Positions 1 through 14,859 of a stretch of DNA of 64,000 bases are shown in pieces. A program made the position numbers and the translations under genes. Location of the stretch: the NCBI GenBank assembly GCA_964016885.1, contig OZ024741.1:393018001-393082000 (forward strand), in the 5' to 3' direction. The notes beneath the pieces are model-generated. The model was not told where the DNA came from. It made no database searches and saw nothing but the letters and a program-made list of their open reading frames with translations. Position 1 is the first letter of the stretch. Each line of letters begins with the position of its first letter. Source of the DNA: Eledone cirrhosa (Eukaryota).

Positions 1-400
1 ATATACCGAAGAAAGGGGAATTTACTTTTTCTCGAGCACTCAAGGAGAGTGGGCAGACCCAAGTGCTCCGAGCGTAACATGGAAAAAACCAAGAGATAAA
101 AATAAGCGATAGAGGTGTAGTTAGGAGAGTGTCTATCGTTAATAGTCATGGAAAAAACTATATCTACACATATATATATCTATCTAATGTTCTGGTGACT
201 AAGCTTGGTAGAGCTTACACTCAGCACTATATTTTTGTTTATAAAGGCTCTGATGATTCCTGCCCCATGGTATGGGGCAGGAATGAGTACATCAAAGAAT
301 GAGTTTTACAGTAGATTGGAAGCACTCTACATAAAAATATTTTCCAGAGTTATTAATATTAAAATACAAATATTAATAAAATAGATGTTCTTTTGATCAA

Positions 401-454
401 TTAAATTTTATTATACATATTTCAGAGGTACAACAGTACATCCTCATCAGACAA
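401..454 (-). ncRNA. Minimal type I hammerhead ribozyme (family A, stem I truncated)
   Basis: Minus strand reads CUGAUGA-GGAUGUAC UGUU GUACCUCU-GAAA-UAUGUAUA. Confidence 0.6.
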
Positions 455-2231
455 TGTTTTGGACAAAACTTCGGAATAATGGAGTTTACCGCAACTCAAG
501 TATATCAAGTAGCTGCGCGCTTTGTACAATGGAGACCCTGTTGGTTATTAATAATTATGAGACCTTAATTAACAAAAAAAGTGAATTATTCTCTAATTGC
601 CTTCATAAAGCTTTGTCTACATTTCAAGCCTCCCATAAGACCAGGAAAAAACACTAGGACACTAAACTTGGTCTTTAGACCTACATAATCAACAGTTGAA
701 CATCTTCATGGCCTGTAATATTGCTTTATCTTATAACTATCTATACAAGAAATAACGTTTGATTGAATGACACTTGTTTAATAACATGCTGACACGTTGA
801 TATACATAACATAATATTATTAACTTTGATCCATACCGTTATTTCTCTACCTTTATTTTTCTATCTATGTTTTAAATATAGTTCAAATATCCAACCTGTA
901 ATTTTTTATGGAACTTATTTCAAACTGTGAATCATTCATGCGTTTACACTCCTTTATTTATTTATATATATGTATGTATTCAACTTTTGCATGTTTTTAA
1001 ATATACCTACCTTTATTTTTCTATCTATGTTTTAAATATAGTTCAAATATCCAACCTGTAAATTTTTACGGACCTTATTTAGAACTGTGAATCATTCATG
1101 CGTTTAGACTCTTTTATATATATGTATGTATTTAACTTTCGCATGTTTGAATCTATTATATAAGATTATAATCGTTATCATTGACCAAAAGTATGCTGTC
1201 TCATTAATACTTAGTATATCTCTCTATACCAAATTTTGTTTGCAATTATCTATATATTGTATAACATAATCTTATTATTAGTCACGTATATCTCAGCTTT
1301 TGGTTTTTTGCATCTATATCTATAGTGTACAATAACTTAATCATAATTACCGTTTCGGTTTAACGCTATATATAGTTTGTGCAAATATAGATATATTGTA
1401 GAATAACACATTTATTATTTAGAGTTCTTTCCTCCCATGAAGGTAGAACTAATATAGTGATTTAATATAATATAATAAATATTAATTTATTACGATAATT
1501 GCACACATATATATATATAAATATATGGCTGAAAACTATGCGTTAATCATTACACTTTAAACACTGTATCTACTTGACAATAAATTTTTCGAAATTTCTA
1601 ACAATAAGTACTTCATAAGCTTTACATACCGAAAATGTTGACACTCTTACAGGTAATTTTTGTTAAAGATTACATTTCAGGTGAATATTCAACAGTGTAA
1701 ATTTTCCTTTCGCGGGCCAAGTAAATCCTTTAATTTTGTTTTCATTAAATTCAGAATTTTAGAAATGTAACACTTTTAAAAAATGTTATTAAATTTATAA
1801 AATTAATAAATATAAATAACCATCAACTTTTAAAAACTCAAAATTTTTATTCTTCACCCTTAAATAACATAAATTAAATATTTTGAAACTTAACCGTTTA
1901 ATCCTTAAGGGGAAAAAAATGTTCTGCATATTATTACTCCCCTTTATCTCTCCCTCTCTTTAAGTATCTATCAGTTGCCTTCATAAACTGTGATAAAATT
2001 ATAATCCCAGAGATGTCTTCCTCGATAACCATAATTTGTAGTATCCCACATTTTAAAATCTCTATAACTGTTACATTAAGCAACGTTTTTCTTACTCATA
2101 CATTCTCTATTGAATTTATTACGTTTTCGCATTTTCTCATTATTAGGGTATAAATATAGAGTTTTCTCATAGGTTAATCACTACCTTGATTAAATCTTAA
2201 CCATTTAACATCTCAGGGTATGTCATGTATC

Positions 2232-2294
2232 ATTATATTTTGTCTGATGAGGACGTACTGTTGTACCTCTGAAATATGTATAATAAAATTTAAT
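2232..2294 (+). ncRNA. Minimal type I hammerhead ribozyme (family A)
   Basis: Stem I attatattttgt/ataaaatttaat; CUGAUGA at 2244; stem II GGACGUAC..GUACCUCU; GAAA at 2271; AUA cleavage triplet at 2280-2282. Confidence 0.75.
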
Positions 2295-2329
2295 TGATCA
2301 AAAGAACATCTATTTTATTAATATTTGTA

Positions 2330-3107
<778 letters not shown>

Positions 3108-3148
3108 TATTGGATTGGACACTACCGTAAACTCTTGGTAGATTTATC

Positions 3149-3205
<57 letters not shown>

Positions 3206-3300
3206 CGTTTCTGAATTTGTTTAGCAAGATTCTTTATCTGAAAATGTGTGTTGAAACCGATATTGTTATACTTATTGGCAACATGACCCTCCCAAAGTAT

Positions 3301-3342
<42 letters not shown>

Positions 3343-3499
3343 AACAAATGGTTTATCGCTCTACATGGCTGAATACAATAAATGTAATCTGAGTTTTTCG
3401 AATATTAATAATAATATTCGATTCGTTTGCAATTATGCAAACAGCCTCTTTATAGCCATGTCAGTAGAATGACCCAGTCATGACCCAGTCATATATATA

Positions 3500-3540
<41 letters not shown>

Positions 3541-3638
3541 ATACTATGGTGAACTAACTGTTGTGGAACTACTTCTACCAAACTCGTCCCACGGATTGAG
3601 TGCTCTACTACTACGGATATAACCCTCCAGTGTTCTAC

Positions 3639-3729
<91 letters not shown>

Positions 3730-3833
3730 TATATATAATAGTAGAACACTGGAGGGTTATATCCGTAGTAGTAGAGCACTCAATCCGTGGGACGAGTTTG
3801 GTAGAAGTAGTTCCACAACAGTTAGTTCACCAT

Positions 3834-3876
3834 ACCGAGAACAAATGTTTCACCTTATTCGGATCCTCAGCTCTGT
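3834..3876 (-). ncRNA. Minimal hammerhead ribozyme (family B)
   Basis: acagag-CUGAGGA-UCC GAAUAA GGU-GAAAC AUUU GUU|cucggu. Confidence 0.65.
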
Positions 3877-5417
3877 CTAAATGAAGTTGTTCGGAAAAGG
3901 AAAAACAACCGTACGAATATGCATGTGCAGAAACAGTCACTTCTCCTGGGGAAGGTAAACCCACAATAAATCGATGTGGATGCCCGGAATAAATTATTCA
4001 TGTTATTCAGAATATTATAGATTGTTGATGTTAGTCAATCTCGAGCTTTGTAATTATGTAATAGGTATTTCCAGACGTGTGGACAACCGGAGAAAAGTTC
4101 ATTCCTTGAATTTAGGTAATCGTTATTACGTAAACTTCTCAGGATGTTAATCCTTTCTTCAATGCACAGCCCACAAGACTGATTCCCCCTTGCGTATGGC
4201 TTAGACTTAGTGATAGCCTTCCATTGAATGGAGTAATCTACACCCGAGTCTTTGAGGGACCATACGTGGCTCGCGAGTATCGTGGATGATCGTTTGTCCG
4301 GGTAGCTAAAGGTCGACTGATGGTTCAGAAAGCGTTCCTTAAACCGGCCATCTGCCATACCAGCATAGGATTTAACCTCTTGTCGTTGATTTGGTCGGTT
4401 GGAAGTGACCACAGCTTCGTAGATTACAGCGGGTGTGTTGAATTGTTGTTGAAGGGGACAAGCTTCAGGCTTTCGGCAAGAGCATCCTGGTGGGGTGCTG
4501 CTCTTAGGGCAGTTAGTGATGTGGGCCTTCACATTCTTAGCACAGGAGTATCCTAGCTTCACCCTGTGTCTGTTAAAGATTGCTTTATTAGAGGAGAGGT
4601 TAGAGATTCTAGTACCGATATTATTCACGAAGTTTCTAAAAGCTGTAGGAGGGTGGCATGAGTCCTTGTGTATGTAATTAAGTTTTTCATTTAGTTTATG
4701 GAAGGGTCTAAAGGTGTGTGTGTGAAGATCTAAATTTATGTCTAAGTTATCTACGCTAGTGAGTTTGGTAGCTACAGTTATCCTAAGTCCTAACTCATTA
4801 AAAGTAGTAATTAAATCTTTTTTTAAACGTTCCAGGTCATGACCACTTTTATGGCTCGGTAGGGTCAGACCATCGTCGCGTATAATCCCGTATGGAAGAC
4901 CGGGAATCTAGTACGTAATATATCTAAAATAAATAAGCCAACCAAGTCGCATACATCAGCACTATTAAATGATCCCATTGATATGTCGAATAGTTCTTTG
5001 TCCAGGCTACTCCATTGTTGAAGATGAGGGTTTTCCGCCAATGTGCAATGATCTCCCTGTCTAAATTATGGACGGCGGTGTAAGTGGTAGCAAAGTCAAA
5101 CGCTTTGTTCAAAAGGGTCGCCGAGATCGAAGGGTAAAAATCTACAATGTCGAATTGAGTGAACTTCGCTTTTTTTTTAACTGAAAACCCTCCTATTCAA
5201 CAAAGGAGTATTACATTGGAGTATTACACCTATTACATAATTACAAAGTTCCAAATTGCCTAACACCAACAATCTATAATATTCTGAATAACATGAATAA
5301 TTTATTCCAGGCATCCACAGTTATCTCCCTCACATCGATCTATTGTGGGTTTACCTCGCCCAATGCGCATGCGTATTCGTACGGTTGTTTTTTCCTTTTC
5401 CGTACAACTTCATTTAG

Positions 5418-5451
5418 ACAGAGCTGAGGATCCGAAACATTTGTTCTCGGT
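5418..5451 (+). ncRNA. Hammerhead ribozyme family B copy with stem II deleted
   Basis: acagag-CTGAGGA-TCC-GAAACATTTGTT-ctcggt; lacks 9 nt present in the 3834-3876 copy. Confidence 0.5.
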
Positions 5452-5463
5452 ATGGTGGAACTA

Positions 5464-5502
<39 letters not shown>

Positions 5503-6185
5503 CTTTTGCGAGGTTTTTGATATGAAATCGTGTGTCGAAACAGATATTGTTATGCTTGGGGAGGGTCATATTGTTGTAATAATATTGCCAGAAATAATAA
5601 CAGAACACACTCACTGTTTGGTTGGTTTTCGCTTCTGTATCTTTTATATCTTTACCTATTTATCATATATATTTTATTATTGATGTTATTGTTTTGATTA
5701 TACGCTATTTCTCTCTATATATTTTGCCATATATGAATTATTTTGTATTCCGAGGATTTGATCAGAGGTAAATAATGTAATGGAGATCGAGTGATGCAAC
5801 TTCGAGCGATTAGCGGCCTATAGACTCACCTGATCAATGAAGCAATTGTTAATACCTGAAATAAAGCCCCTTGTTGTACAGCCAACAATGTTACTCTTCA
5901 TTCTTTCACTATTATTACTCCAAGTATAACCTACATAGGAATTCCCGCGAACTCGCTGTCTAACTATGGACTATCCTCGAGGCAGAGTACTCACAACCTA
6001 TAACGATAACTTGTTATCCCAGATATATATATGGTATGGTGGAACTACTTATATATATATATATATAAAATTATCTATATATAAAAAAAAAAAAAGATAA
6101 AGTAATAACAGTGCAGATAAATAAAGGGTAGGCAGTAAAATAATACCTATATAAACATTTGTTCTCGGTATGGTGGAAATAACTC

Positions 6186-6242
<57 letters not shown>

Positions 6243-6296
6243 GTAGTTCCACCATACCGAGAACAAATGTTTATATAGGTATTATTTTACTGCCTA

Positions 6297-6484
6297 GGGC
6301 GGTGAATTGGAAGTATCGGTAGAGGGTTGGACGCCATGCTTTCTAGCATAGTTACGTCCCTTTACGGTTTGAGTTCAAATCCCGCTGTGGTTAACTTTGC
6401 CTTTCATCCTTACGGGGTCGATAAAATAAAGTACCAGTAATGTACTGGATAATTGCTGGCCTTGTGCCTAAAGTAGAAAAAATT
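6297..6484 (+). mobile_element. tRNA-derived SINE (family 1) with about 16-bp target-site duplication
   Basis: Head with B-box GAGTTCAAATCCC; flanked by attattttactgccta (6281) and attatgttactgccta (6482). Confidence 0.85.
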
Positions 6485-7557
6485 ATGTTACTGCCTACCC
6501 TTTATTTATCTGCACTGTTATTACATAATTTATGTGCTAAATTTCGTGGCTGTTGATTAAATATAATTTATAGCTTATTTTAAGACCTTTAAAATTCACT
6601 TCTTTAAAAGTTTCAAATGTCAACACTTCCGGTTAGCGGCCGTTATATTATAACACTTATAAAAATATCGCATATATTTCCGTCGCTAATTTTCTCCTAA
6701 TGCCGTTTATATATAATATCGTCTTTTTAAATGTATCGTGGATTACGTTACTGATTACAGAAGACAGTGTAACATAGACTTCGTTCAATTTCTGTGTATA
6801 TTGTCAATTACGATTTTATTTGATGTATCATATCTACATGCATATATATTTGTGTATAATATCATTATACACACTACACATGCTAGCAGAAAACCACTCG
6901 TAAGCTGGTTTTTCTGCTAGTATAAGTAATAAAAATGGATTCAATACAAGTTTAGGAACCATCATTTAGAAAGAGTTTAGAATATTGAATGTAGCCTGGG
7001 AAGTAGAGATGAGTTACAGATAGAAAATAAGAGATGTGTGTCTCTGTGAGGAATAAATTATGCAAATTTTGCGTCATGGAAAGTCCACGAATATTTACGG
7101 AGAAATGTGTTCAAGTTGTTCGATGAACATTTTAGCCTATTTGTGAAATTAACATGCAAGTTATTTGTATCTTTAACATAATTCACATTGCGATTCAGTG
7201 TGACAAGGTTAAGATCTTTGAATTACAGGTACAAGCCTTTCAACGAGCTTCCAAATAATTTTTGAATATCTAATTGTACTCACAAATCTTGGGTCAGACC
7301 AAATGACATTTGTGCAAGAGTGTGATCAAACTCGAAACCTCTTGATTTCAGAACAATTTGACTATGCTGCGCCCACAGAAGAGGAATAAACACCAAATGC
7401 ATTGATTCTTTTTCTACTATTATGGTTGTCTTTCTTAAGACAGTTTATTTTAAATGTTCTAGAGCGTAGTTTATTTTGGTTATTAGGTAGAATGAGCTCG
7501 ATAATATCATAATTATTTCATTTCAATCCGTATAGCTTCCTCATCTCTAACTACCTC

Positions 7558-7768
7558 ATGAAATATTTACTGCATTATGACGTTTTAAAAGTCTTCAGTT
7601 CTTTATTCAAATTTACACCAGTTAACATGTTTTTAATTTATCTGTTAACTTTAAAATATCTAGATTAAATATTTACTGCATTATGACGTTTTAAAAGTCT
7701 TCAGTTCTTTATTCAAATTTACACCAGTTAACATGTTTTTAATTTATCTGTTAACTTTAAAATATCTA
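7558..7768. repeat. About 107-bp tandem duplication
   Basis: aaatatttactgcattatgacg...ttaaaatatcta occurs twice in tandem. Confidence 0.85.
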
Positions 7769-9442
7769 TATAATCTAGATATCATTCTAAGAAGACTCGG
7801 TATACACCATCTGCTTGATTTTCAAAATTAGTAACTTTTACCTAAACATATGTACATAATTACATTAAGACATAATTGACTGACTTCTCAATTTAAAGCC
7901 ATGTACTTTTTGAACATTTGTGTTACACATTTGTGATAACAAGTTTAATTATTGATACGCAGGACCGATCCACATTATTCTTAAACATATCGAATCAATC
8001 TGTCCCTATTTTCATGAACAGAAACATCGAAAACATCCTTTAATGCAATCGTGACAACCTAGTCAACAATACAAAGAATTAACCACTATAAACCCAAAGG
8101 AAAAAGTCATTTACTTCATCCTCTCTAATATGAACAGCAGTCAATTATTACTCTCAATGTCTCTACAGATGTTAAGCCTCACAATCTCGGGTGATCTCTC
8201 ATGAGGACTTCACGAATATAATATTGCATACACTTCATCCAAACACTAGGCTTCTTTTAGATCAGAAAATTCGTTCCAAAGTAGTAGCTCATGTTCAGCA
8301 AAGCCGAGATGCGGCTTGAGTACCACTCAAACATTGAATAGTGACACTAGTGCTATTCATTTAAACGTTCTCAACTTTATCAATGGTCAAGTCAGGCTTT
8401 TGCCTGCTATTGGTACCATGTAACCCAGTATAACCTGCTTCATTGTCGAATAGTCGGTGACCCTGACTCCCCACTAGACCCTGATCTTATAAGAAGGGTA
8501 CGGGGAACCCCAGCAGCGCAAAGACAAGATCTGTTAAAAGAGCGGGTGAACTCCTCACTCAGCGGCTCACAATGCCAACTACAGGTTAAATAGCCTCACC
8601 AACCCGCTATTGGCCAAGTGTGGTGAGTACGGCTACTCACCTGACATAACCAAAGCCAAACAGAAAGTGGTGGAGGTCAACCTGAGAGAGAATTCACCGG
8701 CATGAGTGAGAAGGTCCGGAATTGGATTGGATTGAAAACCTCATCAAAAAAAGGACATTCATTTACCAACATAATTCAACCGTTGTTTCCCAGATGTTCT
8801 GTTTCTTCGATCTTCCTTTTCTATCGGACATCTAGCAAGTTTCATACCACATCTGCATCTTCGTTGCATTTACTGTTTCTTCCCTCACCAAGAGACTGTA
8901 CTAAACACTTTTTCCTAATACTTCTTCCACAAAATGTGTATTTCTAGAATTGTCTTTCCTTCCACAGAAGTCGGTCTACACATGTCATAATTAAACATCA
9001 AACTGAGCCGTTCTCATTAGTCTAGAATGATCTACAAAGGTCTGAAGCACCGCCTCTTCATCTACAGTTGATCGATAGATGTATAACAATTTCAAGTGAT
9101 TCATTATTGTAAAAATACTTGTTTATGATTTTAGGATTAAAATGAAATATTGTTCACAAAACCAGATATAAAGATAAAAGTTTTATAGATCATATTCCAT
9201 ATTCAAACAAGAAGAAAAATAATGATATTCCCCAATTGCGCAAATAAATTGAAATAACAAACAGGGTGAAATAAAGTTAGTACATTAACAAACGGTTGCC
9301 TGTTAGGTATATTAAATGGTATGAAGAATTGTTACCTTTCAAATGAAAATAGCCAATAGCATAAGTACAATAATAACAAATACATATAAACACGTGTACA
9401 TACTTTTAGACAAAACATCTGTACTAAGCTGTAGTCCAGGGT

Positions 9443-9730
9443 TCAGTTTGGGTGAAAAACTGGAGAACTGTGTCCGATATAAACGTGATGTTTACTGTAA
9501 TTTCCTCGCACTGGTTCCCATAAAAACACATAATAAATACCGAGAAAGAATGCTAGGCCAAATTCGAATCCAACATATAAGGAAATAAGAAGAAATTTTA
9601 TGGACATAATCTGGAAAAACGATGGTGGGACATGATCGCTGACACCAACTAATTTAGGTTGTGATGATAACTTCCTTCTGGGTTGATCTGGTGGTGTTGG
9701 AACGTCAAGGGTAACATCAGAAGGTGCCAT
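9443..9730 (-). CDS. Small single-pass membrane protein, InaF-motif-like (paralogue 1), 95 aa
   Basis: ATG-to-TGA ORF in non-repetitive sequence with a hydrophobic stretch KFLLISLYVGFEFGLAFFLGIYYVFLWEP. It is 20/34 identical, ungapped, to the ORF at 39324-39557. The LAxxLxxYYxxxWxP pattern matches my recollection of the InaF motif (human INAFM2 ...SLAAIVLAVYYSLIWQPV). Confidence 0.8.
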   Translation of the reverse strand: MAPSDVTLDVPTPPDQPRRKLSSQPKLVGVSDHVPPSFFQIMSIKFLLISLYVGFEFGLAFFLGIYYVFLWEPVRGNYSKHHVYIGHSSPVFHPN

Positions 9731-10514
9731 TCTCTAGTTGCGGTTTTATGATATAAAAGTTGGCTTCTAATACTGTTGCTGGCGTAGCAGTGTTTTTTTA
9801 ACGTCAGTAGAAACTGAGAAAGAATTGAATCAATGTAATTACGAAATTGAATCAAGATAATACTACCACGGATATTTATCAGAACATTATAATGGAATTT
9901 TCAGAAAAGAAGATTAGGAAACAGCCCAATTAAACACCCTGTGGTTTAAGTATCAAAAGCAAATTACAAGCTAATTAATATGATGGTAATAAATAGTTAA
10001 TAAATAAGTATTATTACTAATATACTCCTCCGTGTGTCGACGACTAATTCCCTGCATCGTAATCTAATAATTTATATTCACACCCTTGTTGTGTCATCCT
10101 TAATTATAAGCTTGTTTTGTCTAATAGATTTCGATTTTAGTTTACTTGTTCATAAACAATACGACAGTTTGAAACAAAGATATATTGTGAATATATATCA
10201 GCAAGTATGTGTACGTACGTACGGGTGCATGTATGTATGTATGTCGACGACTAAACCGTTAACCCACCAAATTTACTTGGTGAGGAGGGTAATTTGGGAC
10301 ACCCTGCAGTACAAAAAACAAAACCTGACAAAGGGCGGAAGAACTCATAAGAGTCAACGGCCATCCAAAAGTGTGTAAATATGTATATACACATGTACAT
10401 ATGTATGTATATGTATATGTGTATATACATGGATACATGTGTATGTATATGTGCGGGGCTATAGAAATAGTCGGGCTGGACACCCGATCGCGCGGTTAAA
10501 CCACTGGGAGTGAA

Positions 10515-10730
10515 GGACCCCTAGCCTTTGTCAGGGCATTCTTCTAGGAGAATGCAACTCAGGAAACTGGGATAATTCCGACATAAAACCTGCGGCTCAG
10601 TAGTTACCGATGATGTTGATCTTTTCTTCTTTTGGGGTTATAGCTACTGTCGCTCAGAGAGTGGGATTGGCTCAGTACACAGTCTTTCCTCACTTTAAAA
10701 AATATCTTCACACACAGGCATTGCACGATA
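10515..10730 (+). repeat. Dispersed repeat of unknown class (also at about 25695-25885 and 36230-36400)
   Basis: Shared core cccctagcctttgtcag...ctaggaga...aaacctgc...gatgttga...agagtggga...cactttaaaa in three diverged copies. Confidence 0.6.
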
Positions 10731-10929
10731 GAATTAATTAATAATTATTAATAATGGTATATCGTGCAATGGCCATACTTGATAACGAAGGGGCAGCCAT
10801 CATCATCATGTATGTATGTATGTATTTTCTATGTATGTATGTAATTATGTATTTATGTATATGCTTGTGCGTGTTACTTATTTGTAGAACAAAAACATTA
10901 CTTTCCTCCTGACCATTCCTAACCTAAAG

Positions 10930-13043
10930 AGTAAAGTGGGAAGCGTTTGTGGATAAGGAACTCGGGACTAGGTATGGAGATACTATTGCATCCAATTCAG
11001 AGAACTCCCTGAGAAAACTGAAGACGTTGAGACGGAGTGGAGACTGTTCAGTGAGGCAGTTTCTGTTTCAGCTGTTGAATGCTGCAGACGAAAGAGGCTT
11101 GGTGTGGCGCCGGACGGCAGGAAGACTCCTTGGTTCAATCAAGAGGTCAAAGATACCATCTGAGCAAAGAAGGAAGCTTACAAATCTTGGCTTGGAAATA
11201 AGTCCTCCTTCTTGCACTTGCACTACAAGCAGGCAAGAAGAATCGCTGCAGAGACAGTAAAAGCGTCCAAAGTTAAAATATGGGAGGAATTTGGAGTTAA
11301 ATTGGAATCCGCCTTCAGATCAGCAAATAAAGTGTTCTGGTAGACTATCCGCCGACTTCGTAATAAGAAGTCCTCCTCCACACCTGCTATCAGGAACGCG
11401 TCTGGGGTTCTCCTCTCTTCAGAGAGGTGCATCCTTGCGAGGTGGAAAGAATACTTTGCTGATCTCCTAAACCCGATTACAACAATATTTTCTGATGTAC
11501 ACGAGGTGCATCTGGGAGCAATGACTAATCTCTCAGAAGTTGAGGTCACAAGAGTAGTTAAAGAGCTCAAATATGGCATGGCCGCTGGGGAAGATGAAAT
11601 CCGGCCCGAGCTGTTAAAAGCCTTAAATGGAGAAGGTATTCTCTGGCTGACTCGTGTGTGCCAGGTGGCCTGGATCCCTGGGAAGGCACCTATGCAATGG
11701 CAATCAAGAGTGATAATCCCAATTTTCAAAAAGGGAGTCAAGAGAGATTGCTCCAATTACTCCCCTTTTTAAGCTTCCCTGGTAAAGTCTATGCTAAGTG
11801 CCTGGCAAAGAGATGCAGGGAGATTGTCGAGTCCAAGCTAGCTGTGTCGTTTTCGCCTCAGACGTAGCACAGCTGACCAAATGTTCACATTGTGGCAGGT
11901 ATTCAAGAAATAGTGGGAGTATTGCCAAGAAGTATATTCTTGTTTTGTCGACCTTGAGAAGACATATGAGTGCGTCCCTCATGAATTACTGTGGAAGGTT
12001 CTAAAGGAGTATGGGATCAATGTTCAGCTTCTTGTTGCCCCGATGTCTCTATTTGAATGCCTGAATAATTTTTTTTCGGATAAATGGTGCTAAATCGGAA
12101 CCATTCAAAAATATTTTTCTTGTCTATAATGTATTTCAATTGGTCTATTATGTTATATGCTGCTTAATCGAATTCATTCAATGTGGGAGTCTGTCTCCTC
12201 TCCTGTTCATTATGTTCATGAACAGGATTTACATGAGGAGCCAGGCTGGAAGTGGTATTACGAGTGACAGGTGTAAAATCAGTCGACTGGAATTCGCAAA
12301 TTACATGGTGTTACTTAACTCGACAGAAGGTGATCTCCACTCGCACTTGATAGGTTTGATGCCGAGTGCTACATGCCTGGAATGAAAATAAGTACTGCAA
12401 AAATTGATACACTCGTCCTCTCATGGAAGCCTACGTAGTGCACTCTTTTTGTGAATGGAGTTCCATTGAAGCAGGTAGAGAAGTTCAAGTATCTCGGGAC
12501 CGTGTTCTCGAGTGATGGAAAGCAGGAGGCTGAATTATGTGCAAGAATTGCAGGAGCTGGTGCAGTAATGTGCCAGTATTCATGCCAACCCTTACCTATG
12601 GTCATGAATCTTGGGTAATGACCAAAGGAATACAATCGAAATACAAGCGACCGAAATGAGGTTCCTTGGAGTAACGTTACTCGGAGTTCAGAGAGTCACT
12701 CCAAGTAGAGTCGCTCTTTCTTCTAATTGAGAGATCACAGCTCTGATACTATGGGCATGTGGTTAGAAGGCCTCAGGAAGAATCCCCGGAGAGATTTTAC
12801 GGGAAAAACAAACCGGCAGGAGACCCAGAGGTAGACTCTGAGCATGATGGTTGGATAACATCCATGAGCTTGGCTGGTCTCGCTTGGAGCTCCAGCCATT
12901 TCAGATGGAGACGATTGTTGCCGACAGAACCCGCTGGAAGGAGTGTTTGAGGACTCTGCCCTCTCAAAGAAGAAGAAGAAGAAGAAGAAGAAGAAGAAGA
13001 AGAAGAAGAAGAAGAAGAAGAAGAAGAAGAAGAAGAAGAAGAA
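10930..13043 (+). mobile_element. Degenerate RTE-clade LINE (RT) ending in a (GAA)n tail
   Basis: AAGEDEIRPELLKAL, IIPIFKKG..RDCSNY, VDLEKTYE, LSPLLFIMFM, FKYLG; tail at 12967-13043. Confidence 0.85.
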
Positions 13044-13482
13044 GGGCAGGAGAGCACTTTCACAAGCCCTTTCTAAAACACTCCTTAAACACCCCCAACA
13101 CCTCCCAACACCACTCTCAATCAATTAGCTCTCTTTTACCATTCACTATTTTCTTTCACCTCTTGTGTATATATATGCTTTAATTCCTTTAAATCTTCAT
13201 CAACACTCCTTCACTCCCACCCTCATTAACCCCCCCCCCCCCCCCCGATCAGGTTGACAATCGCCACCGACGAATGCGAGAAAGTTCTCCAGGAAATTTA
13301 ACCAGGAATCTTTAAAAAAATCTCCCCACCAAAGTTAACAAAGAACTTACTAGATCTACAAAACCAAATTGTAAAATTATAATATAAAATTAAATTGTTT
13401 AGAACTACAAGTGAAGTTATTCTTTTGCTTTTTTCAAATAACTGTACCAAGGATTTCACACATAAACCTAACTGTACCAAGG

Positions 13483-13605
<123 letters not shown>

Positions 13606-14859
13606 ATATTAAATAAATGGAAACTATATTTATAAAACCATATTTATTCTATTATATATATTTAAAGGGTACCAAAACTTTGTTACGCTTTCATCAGATA
13701 AAATACAAAGTTTGTTTTATAAATTTTGACATAACCAAGAAAAGATACCTTAAGGGTTCAAGTTTTTCTTGGATAGTGAAGGAAAAGAGAAGAAAAGTCA
13801 GATATTTCAAATTATTTAGATGTGTATGCAAATGCGGTTGAGGTAAAGGGCTGAAAAAACGTTATTTTAGACGCTCTGCAGAATTTAAATAATTAGGATA
13901 TATGTAGGAATTAACAATTTGCGGGAATGGTGGAATATGATTCCAGAATTTAAATTTATTTAGCTATATTATGAGTTATAATATTGTATATATAATCAAT
14001 TAGGTTATATGAAGAATTATGGTTGTAAGTAGATTTTATCTTATAGGTTGTAAGTATATAAATATCTATATAAATTAATAATTGTGCATGTTTAAGTATT
14101 ATAGAAATAGAAATAATTTACAATTATTAGTTGTTTACATTTCTAATATGAGTTACGGAGGATGTTGATTTTGCATTTTACATTAAAAAAAACACGTAGT
14201 TCAAGTTGTAAGAGAACAATTTGTAGATTCAAATATTTTGTTCCAGCATTGAAAATGTTTTCAGAATATTGTTAATTTAGCGAAGTTATATAGTTTATCA
14301 TACATATTATATTATAATATAATGTTTATGTTTGCACGATTGAAAAGGGAAAGATAACTCCAATCTTGTTTGTTAAGCGTTAAATTTGATGAATGATTTA
14401 CTCAGAAAATATATAGAGAAAATTATATATTATTTTGTGTGAGATTAATTTCAATTATATATTATTTTAGTCGAAAGATGTGTGAAAGTTTGAAAATCAA
14501 AAGAAGAGGGAAAAAGTAATGTGCATTTCGAAGAACTATCGTAAAGAGGATAAACTTTCAGAATGTCAATTAAAGATTATCAATCTACATCTAAAAAAAT
14601 ATATTTAGAAGGGTATCATTAAGAAAATAATGTCAAAAGCTAAAAATAGTAAAAAAATATATTAAAAAATTAAAAAATTAAAAAATTAATGTCAACTAGT
14701 AAAAATAGTAGAAATATAAAAAAAATTAAGAAGGAAGATCATTTAAAATAATTTAAATTTAAATTTAAATTTTTAAAGAAAATAGGATCATTTTGAAGGT
14801 GTATAAGATATAGTCAAGTGTAATGAATATCATAAATTAAAAATACTTCTGAAAGTGGA

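Larger units (their letters stand above)
3545..5466 (-). mobile_element. Penelope-like element (RT + GIY-YIG, frameshifted) with inverted pseudo-LTRs
   Basis: Minus strand encodes FDIVDFYPSIS, a YRDDG-like RT region and CSCRKPEACPL...YAGMADGRFKERFLNH...CGLCIEE. 3832-4036 is inverted-repeated at about 5255-5466. Confidence 0.85.

Noticed and set aside
12735-13183. Poly-K/R/F/S ORFs
   Set aside because: (GAA)n tail of an RTE element.
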